Assembly: GCA_039187085.1 (NCBI GenBank)
Contig: JBCCZV010000006.1
Location: forward strand, 1 to 58,831
DNA length: 58,831 nt
Direction: 5' to 3'
DNA from: Pseudomonadota bacterium
Lineage (GTDB): Bacteria > Pseudomonadota > Gammaproteobacteria > Enterobacterales > JBCCZV01
Shown here: positions 42,219-52,337 of the stretch, in pieces
Layout: each line of letters opens with the position of its first letter
How positions within the stretch are numbered: position 1 is the first letter of the stretch
Made by a program: the position numbers and the translations under genes
Notes under the pieces: generated by a model
Database searches by the model: none
What the model was told of the DNA's origin: nothing
Seen by the model: only the letters and a program-made list of their open reading frames with translations

Positions 42219-45041
42219 ATGAACGTTTTGAGTCAAAAAATTCAAAGTAACTATGTAGTAGTGGGTTTGTGGTTCCTTTTACTATTGAGTCAATCCTTAT
42301 TTTTATCGGGGTGCACTTCTACTGATGAAACACCTGAGCCAATAACTCTTGATGATGCCAGCGATGTTGCTGTGGTTTACACGGAGCGCCGGCCTGAAAG
42401 TGTCAGTAATCCTATCGATGGCACTGTTTTTGCGCCAGGTGGTGATTTATATCTCATTAGTATTAACTCTCCTGAACGCACCAGAAAAAATTTAACCCTT
42501 GAAGCCACGCAAGGACTTGGTGATGTTGCTGACCCGGATGTTTCTTTTGACGGACAAAAAGTCGTTTTTTCCATGCGTAGACCTCAAGATGTTTCTTGGA
42601 ATATCTGGGAATATCTTATACAAACCGATGAGTTGCGCGCTATTTTGATTGATGATACTGCGGATGATTTGGAGCCCGCTTATTTGCCGGATGGCAGAAT
42701 TGTATTTACATCAAACCGTCAAGCGCGTACTCAAGCTGTGCAACTAGCTGAAGGTAAGGTCCCTTATCGATTTGTCGATGAGTATGAACGTGAGACGGTT
42801 TTAAATTTGCACGTGATGAGTGCTAATGGCTCGAATATCGAACAAATTTCTTTTAACCAAAGTCATGATCGTAACCCCAGTATTTTATCAAACGGCAAAA
42901 TTTTATTCAGTCGTTGGGAGCATGTAGGCGGAGTTAATCGTATGGCTTTGTTTACGATTGATCCTGATGGCAGTGATCTTTTTGTGCTTTACGGTTCTCA
43001 TAGCCCAGGTGAAGCTTATTATAATGCGCACGAAGCAGAAGACGGCTCTATTGTCTCCTTGTTAATGCCATTGTCGGACACCTTTGAAGGCGGCGCTTTA
43101 ATTCGTATCGACAGTAATCGTTTCAGTGAGTTTGAGCAGCCTGATAATAGTTTTGCAGCAGAATTGGATGAAAATAGTCGCGGACACCGCCAAATTATCG
43201 CCAATCCCAGTATTGAACGTGGTATCTCTCTTGATGGACGCTATGCCACACCTTTCCCACTATGGGATGGGACATCACGTATTTTAGCTGCTTGGACTCC
43301 TAATAACACCGAGCTTATTATAAATCCAGAAACTGGGGACGAAGAAGAGCGTTTAGGCGATCCTAATTATGGCTTGTATCTCATTGATACACTCACAGGC
43401 ACTAGTCGCCCGATTATAACGTCCAATCAAATACCTGGCCAAGATTTGGTGGATATCGAAAGCGCTATTATTACAGGGGCCGTTGCTCTTATTGAAAGAG
43501 AAGTCCCTATCATTAAGCCGCCTTTATTTTCAGCTCCGGAATTATCGACTACTGATAGTTTACCAACGGGACTTCTCAATGTCTTTTCTGTCTATGACAC
43601 GGATGAATTAGAGCGCATGGGAGCTGCGGTACTTGCAAGCTCAGAAACCATTCCTACCCAAGTCGCTAGCGAAGGGGATAGTCGAGCGAGTATCGCTAAT
43701 TTGAACCTTTTGAAAGATCCGATGCAGACTTCTGCTGCTGAGCGACCCGCACGATTTTTTAGAGTAACACGAGCCATAGAAACGCCAGCGAATTTTTCAT
43801 CGAATGCAATAGGTGATACGTCTTGGGAAATGCAACAAATTCTGGGCTATGGTGTTGTAGAACCGGATGGTTCATTACAAGTGGATGTTCCAGCAGATGT
43901 TGCCATTGCCATCTCGGTATTAGATGAAAAAGGGCGTGCTTTTTATCCTCACACGAGTTGGTTACAAGTGAGAGCAGGGGAAACCCGTTCGTGTAACGGT
44001 TGCCATTCACCACGACGCGGTAACGCGATTAACGATGCTTCTGTGCGAGCGTCGCATCCCAATGTTGTGGCAGAAAGGGCCGTTCTACCGCCTGGTGAGA
44101 CTATGGCGCAAACGGCTTCACGAGTGGTGAGTAATTATAGAGAGCTACAAGCTGATATGATTTTTGTCGACGGTTGGACAGATCCCGCACAAAGAGCCCC
44201 CGATCCTGATATTCGTATTACTTATGACGAGCTAACAACCCCCGTTCCTGAAAATGGCATTATCAATTACATCGAACATATTCAGCCTTTATGGGGCAAA
44301 GAACGTGGAGAAGGGGGAGAAAACACCTGTACCGCTTGCCATAATAACTCCGATGTTAACAGTCTTGGTGAAAATGGCTCTCAGGGTTTGGACTTACGCA
44401 ATACTGACGATCCTTCCGGCTTCGTGACATCCTACGTTTCACTCCTGCAAAAGCTGGGTACGTCAGTTGAGGCAACTGATGGTGATTTAGCAAGAAAATA
44501 CGTACAACCTGGCTTCTCCCGTGTCAGTTTCTTAGTTGAGAAACTGGATGAAGAAGAATTGTTAGCGCCGCGAAATTTGCTGGATGCAGCAACAAGGTTA
44601 AAAGATCACAACCTATTGCTGAATGCATCTGAAAAACGTTTGCTCTATGAATGGATCGATCTAGGGGCACAATATAGCAATGGTGGAACTTCTGCTATCC
44701 AGAAGCAAATTAATAGCGCCATACTTCCAGATAATTTACACCAACAATTACTCTCGCAATGCGGGGAGTGCCACAGACCGCATAGTGATGCAGAGAGAGA
44801 TAAGCAGCGGCGCTTTGTGCTGACTGGAAAAACATCGGGAGATTTAAATAATATTTTGGCCTTTGTTGATACCGTTAATCCAGAGTTGAGCACGCTCATC
44901 TACTATCCATCTTATGAGGGATTCGAGAGTGTTCAGCCACTACATCCTCAACCAGAAGGCGTACTCTACGAACATTATTTGATGCCTGACTCCAGTTTAT
45001 ATCATCAATTACTCACGTGGATTCAGGGGCTTGCACAGTAA
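42219..45041 (+). CDS. HzsA-like beta-propeller (PD40) lipoprotein with three c-type heme motifs
   Basis: Lipobox LSGC; DPDVSFDGQKVVFS, EPAYLPDGRIVFTSNR, QISFNQSHD; CNGCH, CTACH, CGECH. Confidence 0.82.
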   Translation: MNVLSQKIQSNYVVVGLWFLLLLSQSLFLSGCTSTDETPEPITLDDASDVAVVYTERRPESVSNPIDGTVFAPGGDLYLISINSPERTRKNLTLEATQGLGDVADPDVSFDGQKVVFSMRRPQDVSWNIWEYLIQTDELRAILIDDTADDLEPAYLPDGRIVFTSNRQARTQAVQLAEGKVPYRFVDEYERETVLNLHVMSANGSNIEQISFNQSHDRNPSILSNGKILFSRWEHVGGVNRMALFTIDPDGSDLFVLYGSHSPGEAYYNAHEAEDGSIVSLLMPLSDTFEGGALIRIDSNRFSEFEQPDNSFAAELDENSRGHRQIIANPSIERGISLDGRYATPFPLWDGTSRILAAWTPNNTELIINPETGDEEERLGDPNYGLYLIDTLTGTSRPIITSNQIPGQDLVDIESAIITGAVALIEREVPIIKPPLFSAPELSTTDSLPTGLLNVFSVYDTDELERMGAAVLASSETIPTQVASEGDSRASIANLNLLKDPMQTSAAERPARFFRVTRAIETPANFSSNAIGDTSWEMQQILGYGVVEPDGSLQVDVPADVAIAISVLDEKGRAFYPHTSWLQVRAGETRSCNGCHSPRRGNAINDASVRASHPNVVAERAVLPPGETMAQTASRVVSNYRELQADMIFVDGWTDPAQRAPDPDIRITYDELTTPVPENGIINYIEHIQPLWGKERGEGGENTCTACHNNSDVNSLGENGSQGLDLRNTDDPSGFVTSYVSLLQKLGTSVEATDGDLARKYVQPGFSRVSFLVEKLDEEELLAPRNLLDAATRLKDHNLLLNASEKRLLYEWIDLGAQYSNGGTSAIQKQINSAILPDNLHQQLLSQCGECHRPHSDAERDKQRRFVLTGKTSGDLNNILAFVDTVNPELSTLIYYPSYEGFESVQPLHPQPEGVLYEHYLMPDSSLYHQLLTWIQGLAQ

Positions 45042-45125
45042 AATTGCCTCTATCCGTTGAGCAGCCTGTTCGCTAGAATAACCGTCAGCTAAAATTAATG
45101 ATAAAATCTTAAGTTTGGAGAAAGA

Positions 45126-45623
45126 ATGGTCTTAAAAGCAGCTTATCGCAAACCATCACACGCCATTAAGTTTGTGAACGCTACATTTTCTTTCTGGCGA
45201 ACGATTCTCATCGTTGGTTTGTTAGCAACTTGGGGGTGTAGTGATGTAGACGTCGAGTCGGTGAATGAAGAGTTGGTTTTGGATTTTGAAACCTACAAAC
45301 AGCAAGTGAACCCGATTTTTAACCAAGTGATTAATAATGCAACATGTGCAGCCAGTGGTTGCCATCGAGTGAATGATGGAACAGGAGGAAGTTTTCGAAT
45401 CATTCCAGGAAATAACGTATCTGAAGCAGATTTGATGATAAACTACTTATCAACAAGTGCCTTCGTGATACTTGATGACCCTGAAAACAGTCCGCTTTTG
45501 CTCGAACCCTTGCCGGGTTCTAGTGCGAGTGTAGGTGGGCATGCGGGAGGAGATTTTTTTGAAGTGGGCGATGAAAATTACACCGCTATACTCACCTGGA
45601 TTCAAAACCCAGTAGCACCATGA
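45126..45623 (+). CDS. Small lipoprotein, probable atypical (CX4CH) cytochrome c
   Basis: TWGC lipobox; CAASGCH; PENSPLLL...HAGG...Y..ILTWI pattern. Confidence 0.65.
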   Translation: MVLKAAYRKPSHAIKFVNATFSFWRTILIVGLLATWGCSDVDVESVNEELVLDFETYKQQVNPIFNQVINNATCAASGCHRVNDGTGGSFRIIPGNNVSEADLMINYLSTSAFVILDDPENSPLLLEPLPGSSASVGGHAGGDFFEVGDENYTAILTWIQNPVAP

Positions 45624-46972
45624 TGTTGATAATGATTAAATCTACCAATCTAAGAACAATATATCCCCTTTTTCTTAAGCTATTTTTTATGATGTTGGTG
45701 GCTCCCAAAGCTTTTGCAATAAGCAATTGGTTGGGTGACCTCGAATCATCGATGATCGTGACCATCGATGATAATTATATTGATGTCCATTCCGGCCCAG
45801 GGCGAGGTTTCCCCAAGGTTTATGTGATTGAAAAAGGGGAAAGTATCTTACTCATTGAAGCAAAAACCGATTGGGTAAAAATTAAAACCCATCCGGATAA
45901 AGAAGCGGGCCGCGTGGGGTGGATACGCAGAGACTTTTTAGCGGGAGCTAAAATTACTCTAGCTGATAGTGAATCCACTTTAACTTGGGCAGATGAGAAC
46001 TTTCTCAATCAACGCTTTGAGTTAGGGTATTTTGCTGGCGATTTCTCAGATGAACCTTTAGTTGCTGTTCGAGGCGCTTGGCGAATTAATAATTTTTTTT
46101 CATGGGAAACCTCTCTATCTCAAATTACTTCAGATGTTGATAGTTTATTTCTCTACCATACCAATATTGTATCTCATCCACTTTATCGTTTACGTTTTTC
46201 TCCTTACTTCACTTTGGGGGCGGGTTACTTCCGTCAAGAACCTAAGGAAACCATCATTGATGTTGAAACAGAAGAAGGAAGTACAGTCAATGTCGGTATT
46301 GGATTGCGTGCTTACATAACACGCCGGTTTATGGTGCGAGCTGAATTTAGAAATCATATTTTGTTTTTGGCTGATGATAATCATGATTCTCAGCAAGAAT
46401 ACTCATTAGGATTTTCTTTTTTCTTTGGCGAAACGATTCAACCTAAAGATCCGGAGTTTGTCGTTCCAACTTTACCTGACAATGACTTTGAATTTGGCTT
46501 ATTTACTGGCATTTATCATTTAGATGATTTCGGGTCTCAACCCACGGTTGGTATACATTTAAGCTACCATGCAACCGAAGATTTTTTTGTAGAGGCGAGT
46601 TACGCTGAGTCATCAGCGAATGATGAAAACTTTCGTAGCGAGGGTTTACCACTTTTCACTGATGAAGGTGGTGAAACAGAGATTGTTTATTACGATTTTG
46701 CGGTGGGTTATAAGATGCTACCTGGCGAAGTCGTGATATCGGCGCAGGAAGCTTGGCCGCATTATTTTTATGTTATCGCTGGCGTTGGTAGTACAGAGAT
46801 TGTTGATGACCATAATCACACGACATTCTATGGAGCCGGCTATCGAATTTACCCTGACGATAAATTGAGCCTGCAATTTGGGTTTAGGCAGCATAGTTTT
46901 GATCTTAATATTTTAGGTGCGAAGAGGGTTGAAAATACCAGCTTTGAAATTGGAGCCGCCATTTCATTTTAG
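45620..46972 (+). CDS. SH3-like domain plus tandem outer-membrane beta-barrel protein
   Basis: YIDVHSGPGRGFP...DWVKI...GWI SH3b-like segment; two barrel units ending GFSFFF and GAAISF. Confidence 0.72.
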   Translation: MMLIMIKSTNLRTIYPLFLKLFFMMLVAPKAFAISNWLGDLESSMIVTIDDNYIDVHSGPGRGFPKVYVIEKGESILLIEAKTDWVKIKTHPDKEAGRVGWIRRDFLAGAKITLADSESTLTWADENFLNQRFELGYFAGDFSDEPLVAVRGAWRINNFFSWETSLSQITSDVDSLFLYHTNIVSHPLYRLRFSPYFTLGAGYFRQEPKETIIDVETEEGSTVNVGIGLRAYITRRFMVRAEFRNHILFLADDNHDSQQEYSLGFSFFFGETIQPKDPEFVVPTLPDNDFEFGLFTGIYHLDDFGSQPTVGIHLSYHATEDFFVEASYAESSANDENFRSEGLPLFTDEGGETEIVYYDFAVGYKMLPGEVVISAQEAWPHYFYVIAGVGSTEIVDDHNHTTFYGAGYRIYPDDKLSLQFGFRQHSFDLNILGAKRVENTSFEIGAAISF

Positions 46973-46982
46973 GAGTAATACG

Positions 46983-47483
46983 ATGAAGTCCCTGATCATT
47001 TTTGGGAGCCTACTTTGTTTACTAGTTTGTGAGATTTCTGTTGAAGCTGAAACACTGAAAACGCCGAAGAAAGCACCTGACTTCACCCTAAAGAATGTTG
47101 AGGGTGAAAATATTCGGTTGTCCGAACAAATTGGTAATGTAGTGATCGTGCATTTTTGGGCAACTTGGTGTGGTCCTTGCCGTGAAGAAGTTTCGCTGTT
47201 GAAAAGTTTTTATGATAAGTATCACTTACTAGGTTTCAAAGTGATGGGCGTTATGATGAATAAAGAGCCCAGAAAAGCCGTAAATTTTGTCAAAAAATTA
47301 GAATTAGGTTATTTCAATATGCTCGATGTTGAGCATGCTACAGCCAGAATCTATGATGTTGAAAAGCTACCAACAACTTTTATTTTAGATAGAGACGGCA
47401 TGATACGCTATAAGCACATCGACTTTAAGAGCGCTTATAAAGATATTTATGAAAATGAAATCCGACAATTACTGAAAGAGTAA
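46983..47483 (+). CDS. TlpA-family thiol-disulfide oxidoreductase
   Basis: APDFTL...FWATWCGPCREE; AGGAG RBS. Confidence 0.9.
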   Translation: MKSLIIFGSLLCLLVCEISVEAETLKTPKKAPDFTLKNVEGENIRLSEQIGNVVIVHFWATWCGPCREEVSLLKSFYDKYHLLGFKVMGVMMNKEPRKAVNFVKKLELGYFNMLDVEHATARIYDVEKLPTTFILDRDGMIRYKHIDFKSAYKDIYENEIRQLLKE

Positions 47484-47500
47484 AATGGGTGAAAGGTCGT

Positions 47501-47737
47501 ATGAAGCAGATTTTCAAGTTCATTAAAACAATGTGGGCAGCATTTATTTTGATTTTTTTGAGTGGGTGCGCCACTCAACCTTGGGTCAAACCTTTTGATC
47601 GTGAATATATTAATCACCCTCTAATGCAAGTGATAAAAAATCCAGCTGATACGCGGTTTACTCATCATGTTCGAGAAACTCGAGAAGCAGCCCGTGGTGC
47701 TGTACCACTGACTGGGGGTAGCTGTGGCTGTTATTAG
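47501..47737 (+). CDS. DUF4266-family small lipoprotein
   Basis: LSGC lipobox, VKPFDRE, REAARG, terminal GGSCGC. Confidence 0.85.
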   Translation: MKQIFKFIKTMWAAFILIFLSGCATQPWVKPFDREYINHPLMQVIKNPADTRFTHHVRETREAARGAVPLTGGSCGCY

Positions 47738-48845
47738 CGAAAAAAAGCTATTATTTGGGGTATTTATTAGTTTTTTCACAGTGAGTAGCGCTAATGCTAT
47801 TCAGTTACCCGAAGAGCGCGCCGACGCTTCCTATCATTCCTACTCGGGTGGTGGTGTTGATGTCAGCGGACCTGCTTTACTTGTGCGTAAAAATATTGAG
47901 CAAACTTATTCTATCACAGCGGGCTTTCATATTGATGATATTACCAATGCTTCGGTAGATGCTGTTACGCAAGCCAGTGCTTACACCGAGCAGCGAACCG
48001 AAATCAATACAGGGTTCGATTATCAAATTGATGATGCCATTATTTCATTGAGTTGGATTGCGAGTGACGAAAATGATTATGAATCCAGCCTTTACGGTTT
48101 TTCCATAGCGCAAGAAGTTTTTGGTGGTATGACCGTTATCAGCTTGGGCTATGCTCGTGGATTTGACAATGTTGGCCGCATTGATACAGAGTTTGACGAA
48201 GAAATTGATCGGCATCAATTCAAAGCTTCTTGGAAGCAAATTCTGAGTCCGCGTTGGGTGTTGAATACACAGTATGAGCTTATGGATGATCAAGGCTATC
48301 TGGCTAATCCTTATCGTGCCGCTTTGCAAAACTGCGCTTTTGGTGATCAAATCGTTTGTGCTGCTGTACCAGAAGTTTATCCAGAAACGCGAACTAGCCA
48401 TGCAATAAGTTTCACCAACTTGTATTACTTAGGCAACGACAGTGTTTTTCGCAGCGATTATCGTTTTTTTACCGATACCTGGGCCATAGACGCGCATGAG
48501 TTTGAGGCCAGTTTGTCGACGCAAATGATTAATAATTTTACGTTGGAAGCCAGCTACCGGTTTTACACACAGAGTGCTGCGAACTTCTACTTCGATAATG
48601 CGACTCAGGATACTAATTTTATATCCCGTGACAAAGAGTTAAGTCAGTTTATTGGGCATTCTATTGGATTTGACATCGAATATGAGCTTTTAGCGCCTGA
48701 AGAATATGATATTGATTCGTTGACTTTAGGTGTGAGTTACGATTTTGTGTTTCATGATTATGATAACTTTACTGATATTCGAACAGGCGTACTTTACACA
48801 CTAGAAGCCACAGTTTTACAAGTTTTTCTATCAGCGGTATTTTAA
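47724..48845 (+). CDS. DUF3570-family outer-membrane beta-barrel
   Basis: GTG start overlapping DUF4266; YHSYSGGGV, ASVD..T.AS, ENDYES, GYLANPYR, SRDKELS. Confidence 0.85.
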   Translation: MAVISEKKLLFGVFISFFTVSSANAIQLPEERADASYHSYSGGGVDVSGPALLVRKNIEQTYSITAGFHIDDITNASVDAVTQASAYTEQRTEINTGFDYQIDDAIISLSWIASDENDYESSLYGFSIAQEVFGGMTVISLGYARGFDNVGRIDTEFDEEIDRHQFKASWKQILSPRWVLNTQYELMDDQGYLANPYRAALQNCAFGDQIVCAAVPEVYPETRTSHAISFTNLYYLGNDSVFRSDYRFFTDTWAIDAHEFEASLSTQMINNFTLEASYRFYTQSAANFYFDNATQDTNFISRDKELSQFIGHSIGFDIEYELLAPEEYDIDSLTLGVSYDFVFHDYDNFTDIRTGVLYTLEATVLQVFLSAVF

Positions 48846-48847
48846 GC

Positions 48848-49276
48848 ATGCACTTGCAACGATTTTATTACAGTCAAATTTTATGGTGGGGACTATGGGG
48901 TTGTCTGGTGAGCTTTTCATCCAATGCAACGACGAGCCTTGATTGGCTGGAACCCAGTAAGATTTCATATTTATCGAAGGATGATTGGCAAGCCTATATC
49001 AACGATCCCATGTTATGGCTCAAAGATATCCAGTTGATTCCTCGTTATTTAGAAGATGATGCAATGCATTGGGAAGTTATACGTGTGTTACCAACTTCTC
49101 CTATGGCGCAGCTTGGCTTTCAAGCTGGCGATAAGGTTAGCAGTATAAACGCTATTTCTGTAAAAGAACGATTACTAATTATTAATTTGTTACAGGAATG
49201 GTCTTCAGGAGGTATTCTCGAAATAGCCATTCTACGAGATAATCAACCACTCATGTTGAGTGTAGCGATTGAATAG
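48848..49276 (+). CDS. Exported PDZ-domain protein (GspC-PDZ-like)
   Basis: Signal peptide; VLPTSPMAQLGFQAGDKVSSIN...ILRDNQ. Confidence 0.65.
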   Translation: MHLQRFYYSQILWWGLWGCLVSFSSNATTSLDWLEPSKISYLSKDDWQAYINDPMLWLKDIQLIPRYLEDDAMHWEVIRVLPTSPMAQLGFQAGDKVSSINAISVKERLLIINLLQEWSSGGILEIAILRDNQPLMLSVAIE

Positions 49277-49308
49277 TACATTCATCGTTTGATAAAGGTT
49301 GAAAATTA

Positions 49309-49752
49309 ATGATTACTATCCAAGAAGAGGATTTTGACGTAGCAGATTTGCTTGACCAACTGACATCTCAATCGGCGGGAGCTTGCGTCAACTTTATTGG
49401 TCGTGTACGTAATCATAATCAGGGACAGTCGGTTACCGGATTATTCATTGAGCATTATCCAGCAATGACACAATCGGCTATTGAGGCGATTGTAGAAAAA
49501 GCTCGTGAACGATGGCAAATTGAAAGAGTAGTCGTGGTGCACAGAATAGGGCATCTAGAGTTAGGTAATAACATTGTATTTGTAGGGATTGCCAGCGCAC
49601 ACCGCCATGATGCTTTTCATGCCTGCGAATTCATTATGGACTTTTTAAAAAATCGCGCCCCCTTTTGGAAAAAAGAAACCACTGAAATAGGTGAGCGTTG
49701 GGTTGAATTTAATGAAAAAGATCGTGAGGCACTAGAGCATTGGCTAAAATAA
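49309..49752 (+). CDS. moaE: Molybdopterin synthase catalytic subunit
   Basis: FIGRVRN, IEHYPAMT, HRIGHL, SAHR..AF.ACEFIMDFLK..APFWKKE. Confidence 0.96.
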   Translation: MITIQEEDFDVADLLDQLTSQSAGACVNFIGRVRNHNQGQSVTGLFIEHYPAMTQSAIEAIVEKARERWQIERVVVVHRIGHLELGNNIVFVGIASAHRHDAFHACEFIMDFLKNRAPFWKKETTEIGERWVEFNEKDREALEHWLK

Positions 49753-50540
49753 TCGTTGGTGCTATCAAGAATACACTACTGATATTTTTTACCGTAGCAA
49801 CGGTGACTGCACAAACGCATAGCCCTAAAGAAAAAAGTACCCAAGCTCAATCTGAGCCATTATTAATTGCTACAGCCGCTAATTTTAGACAGCCTCTGCA
49901 AAAGTTGATTCATTTTATGGCTTCTTCACAGTCACATGATAAAGAGATTCGAGTGACGAGTGGCTCAACCGGTGCTATTTATCAAAAAATTTTAAAAGGG
50001 GCTCCTTATCATCTTTTCTTTGCTGCAGATGAAAAGCATCCACGCTTATTGGAAAGAGCCAAGAAAATAGTCCCTGGCTCCCGAAAAACCTACGCAGAGG
50101 GCAAGCTAGTTCTTTGGTCATCGCCCAATATTCAAGGCGGTTTATCAAAACGTTTAGGTCAGTGTAAAAAACTGGTTTTTGCGCATCCCCAACTCGCCCC
50201 CTACGGTAAAGCAGCCCAAAGAGTACTCGACTTATCTTTACCCACAGAAGCTTACCCCCGTTTGATTAGAGCTAACAATGTTGGGCAAGCCATGCAAATG
50301 ATACACACACGTAATGTCGATTGCGGTTTTGTCGCTTGGTCACAAGTGTTAACAAGAGCTTATGATGAAAAAAGCTACGTAAAAATTCCACAAGATAAAT
50401 ATCCCGCTATTCGCCAACAAATGGTAATTATTAAACATCGGCAAGATAACCCATCTGCAAAAGCCTTTGCCGAATTTGTCATGTCGAAAGTGGGCCAAGC
50501 CTTAATCGCTAAGGCTGGTTATCAATCACGCTCGAAATAG
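49740..50540 (+). CDS. modA: Molybdate ABC transporter substrate-binding protein
   Basis: IATAANF, GSTG, GAPYHLFFAAD, APYGKAA, NVGQA. Confidence 0.92.
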   Translation: MAKIIVGAIKNTLLIFFTVATVTAQTHSPKEKSTQAQSEPLLIATAANFRQPLQKLIHFMASSQSHDKEIRVTSGSTGAIYQKILKGAPYHLFFAADEKHPRLLERAKKIVPGSRKTYAEGKLVLWSSPNIQGGLSKRLGQCKKLVFAHPQLAPYGKAAQRVLDLSLPTEAYPRLIRANNVGQAMQMIHTRNVDCGFVAWSQVLTRAYDEKSYVKIPQDKYPAIRQQMVIIKHRQDNPSAKAFAEFVMSKVGQALIAKAGYQSRSK

Positions 50541-50553
50541 GTTGAATTTGAAA

Positions 50554-51237
50554 ATGTTTGGCTTGTCGCCCGTTGATTGGTCCTCAATAAGCTTGTCTTT
50601 GCAATTAGCGGCGATCACAGCCTTGCTCTTGATGGTATTGTTATTGCCACTTGCGTGGTGGATTAGCCGCCGTACCAATGTTTGGACACAATCCACTGAA
50701 GCCATACTCACCTTGCCTTTGGTTCTTCCTCCAACTGTTCTGGGGTTTTATTTGTTGATTGCTTTTAGTCAGGATCATTGGTTTGGTCAAACTTGGCAGG
50801 CAATATTTGGTGATACCTTAGTTTTTTCATTTTCGGGTTTAGTTCTGGCATCGATGCTTTACTCCTTGCCTTTTGTTTTACGTCCATTAGTGAGTGCTTT
50901 TCAATGGATTTCTCCCGAGTTGATTCAAACATTACAATCACTCAATATTTCATGGTGGGAGCGAAAAAAAATTCTGTTGCTCGATATGAATCGACGGGCT
51001 TTATTAGCCGCTTTTATTTTAGGTTTTGCTCATACATTGGGTGAGTTTGGTGTTATTTTAATGATTGGTGGCAATATTCCAGGGGAAACGCAAGTGGCCT
51101 CCATGTTGATGTTTGAATACGTTGAAACACTGCAAATGGAAAAAGCGCACCGTCTGGCCTGGGTGCTATTGCTTATTTCAATTACGTTACTACTTCTTAC
51201 TTATCGTCTGACAGCTAATGCTCGATATCGCCATTAA
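50554..51237 (+). CDS. modB: Molybdate ABC transporter permease
   Basis: LPLVLPPTVLGFYLL, FAHTLGEFGVILMIGGNIPGET. Confidence 0.95.
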   Translation: MFGLSPVDWSSISLSLQLAAITALLLMVLLLPLAWWISRRTNVWTQSTEAILTLPLVLPPTVLGFYLLIAFSQDHWFGQTWQAIFGDTLVFSFSGLVLASMLYSLPFVLRPLVSAFQWISPELIQTLQSLNISWWERKKILLLDMNRRALLAAFILGFAHTLGEFGVILMIGGNIPGETQVASMLMFEYVETLQMEKAHRLAWVLLLISITLLLLTYRLTANARYRH

Positions 51238-52297
51238 AAAACGTTATAACGCCAATTTTGCACTGTCAATTGACTTGAATTTAAAAATTGGCAAGATTCA
51301 TGGCTTAAGTGGCGTTTCTGGTGCCGGTAAATCATCGCTGTTGCGTTTAATTTCTGGTTTTGAAAAGCCCGACAGTGGAAAAATTGGTTTTCAAAATACG
51401 TTATGGTCAGGTGAAAAAACATTGTTGGTTGCTCCAGAAAAACGGCAGATCAGTTATCTTGCTCAAACGGCTCAATGTTTACCGCATTTAACGGTTAAAC
51501 AAAACATCTTGTTAGCGAAAAATAGACACAATAAAAAAGCTTTGTTGATTGACTTTCAACCGTTATCTATAGAACTGGGTATTACGCATTTAACTGAGCA
51601 TTTTCCCCATCAACTTTCTGGTGGTGAATTACAACGCGTTGCTATAGCTAGAGCGATTTTAGCACAACCACAACTCTTATTACTCGACGAGCCATTTGCA
51701 CATTTAGATGATGATAACAGTGGACGTTTGTGCCGCTTATTAAAGCGCTTGCAACAAGAAGCTAAACTCACCATTTTAATCGTTTCTCACGAAATGCAGC
51801 CGCTTGCTACAATAGCCGATACGATGACTTGGTTAAAAGCAGGTGAAGTAGTGCAACATGGTGACGCACTTTCCGTGCTTAATCGAGCTTATTGTCGTGA
51901 TGATGTTTTATCAAAACCAAAAACATTTTTAGCATGCCAAATTCTTCAATCAATACCTGAGCAAGGTTTAACCTTACTGACATTTGGGTCTAGCCACCTA
52001 ACTGTTCAGCATTTTAATGGTGATGTTGGTTCGATAGTTCGCATCCAGATTGAAGCACAAGATGTCAGTATCGGTTTGGAAAAAATACCGCATTTTAGCG
52101 TGATCAATCAAATTGCTTGTATATTGGTTGATTTTGAGAAAAATGAGAACGCCCATCATAGAATACTGATTCTGCGCCATGATGAGCAGGAATGGCATGC
52201 ACTTATTTCTGAATATTCTTTCCAACAGCTTGATTTACGCAAAGGAATGAAGTTAGTCGCTTTCATTAAAGCGACTGGAATTAGAGTGCTATTCTAA
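51218..52297 (+). CDS. modC: Molybdate ABC transporter ATPase
   Basis: GVSGAGKS, LSGGELQR, LLLLDEP, C-terminal TOBE/Mop-like region (AFIKA). Confidence 0.92.
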   Translation: MLDIAIKKRYNANFALSIDLNLKIGKIHGLSGVSGAGKSSLLRLISGFEKPDSGKIGFQNTLWSGEKTLLVAPEKRQISYLAQTAQCLPHLTVKQNILLAKNRHNKKALLIDFQPLSIELGITHLTEHFPHQLSGGELQRVAIARAILAQPQLLLLDEPFAHLDDDNSGRLCRLLKRLQQEAKLTILIVSHEMQPLATIADTMTWLKAGEVVQHGDALSVLNRAYCRDDVLSKPKTFLACQILQSIPEQGLTLLTFGSSHLTVQHFNGDVGSIVRIQIEAQDVSIGLEKIPHFSVINQIACILVDFEKNENAHHRILILRHDEQEWHALISEYSFQQLDLRKGMKLVAFIKATGIRVLF

Positions 52298-52337
52298 CAC
52301 CTAGTAAAATGAGGTGATCTTTATTCAATGTTGCACA

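Noticed and set aside
42219-45041. Hydrazine synthase/anammox function
   Set aside because: HzsA-like domains are widespread in non-anammox bacteria; no hzsB/C or hao genes here
49277-49308. Moco riboswitch or ModE box before moaE-modABC
   Set aside because: The intergenic gap is only ~32 bp and shows no matching structure or motif
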